From positions 1-24,446 of IMG/VR virus record IMGVR_UViG_3300047564_000143: a stretch of DNA of 24,446 nt; one strand, 5' to 3'. The notes under the pieces were generated by a model that saw only the letters and a program-made list of their open reading frames with translations, was not told where the DNA came from and searched no databases. This document shows, in pieces, positions 24,380 to 24,446 of this stretch (position 1 is the stretch's first letter; each line of letters opens with the position of its first letter). Source of the DNA: a virus. Taxonomy: Duplodnaviria > Caudoviricetes. A program made the translations under genes and the position numbers.

Positions 24380-24446
24380 GTGCCACGTCCCCTTGACTGG
24401 CAGGGCCAGATAGCTTCCAGCTTGTTACGAATAATGCTATCTGCCG
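24376..24446 (-). CDS. 3' end of a gene truncated by the window edge, Rap1a/Tai-like C-terminus
   Basis: Manual translation ...ADSIIRNKLEAIWPCQSRGRGT*. The stop overlaps the next ATG (ATGA). Confidence 0.45.
   Translation of the reverse strand, partial: ADSIIRNKLEAIWPCQSRGRGT

Noticed and set aside
1-24446. tRNA/rRNA genes, IS elements, intrinsic terminators
   Set aside because: Intergenic gaps are at most about 40 nt, and I found no cloverleaf, transposase or hairpin plus poly-T by eye.

Overview
This is a 24.4-kb segment of a tailed dsDNA bacteriophage (or prophage) with podovirus-type, P22/T7-like virion gene order. It is gene-dense with many ATGA/GTGA overlaps, and I see no RNA genes, CRISPR arrays or IS elements. 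The + strand (1-22395) is the late/structural region. It carries three 2OG-Fe(II) oxygenases around a tail-collar fibre gene, a lysis cassette (membrane proteins, holin, M15A peptidase endolysin), a tail hub, a putative needle/knob protein, a GNAT-fold protein, three putative ejection proteins and a 3293-aa large polyvalent protein. The - strand (22351-24446) carries small genes: a Ref-like HNH nuclease, a PD-(D/E)xK-like nuclease, DUF3310, an HTH protein, a Rap1a-like fragment and others. Two signals stand out. (1) The giant protein is built as a cassette: a HExxH metallopeptidase is followed by five enzyme-like modules (one HhH-GPD glycosylase-like and four ADP-ribosyltransferase-like, from both ART clades), each bounded by a recurring [RK][YF]SLR pentapeptide that occurs six times. 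This suggests a virion-delivered, self-processing effector polyprotein. (2) The palindrome GTTTAAAC occurs 15 times by manual count, against about 0.4 expected. All family assignments come from motif recognition by eye, not from database searches.
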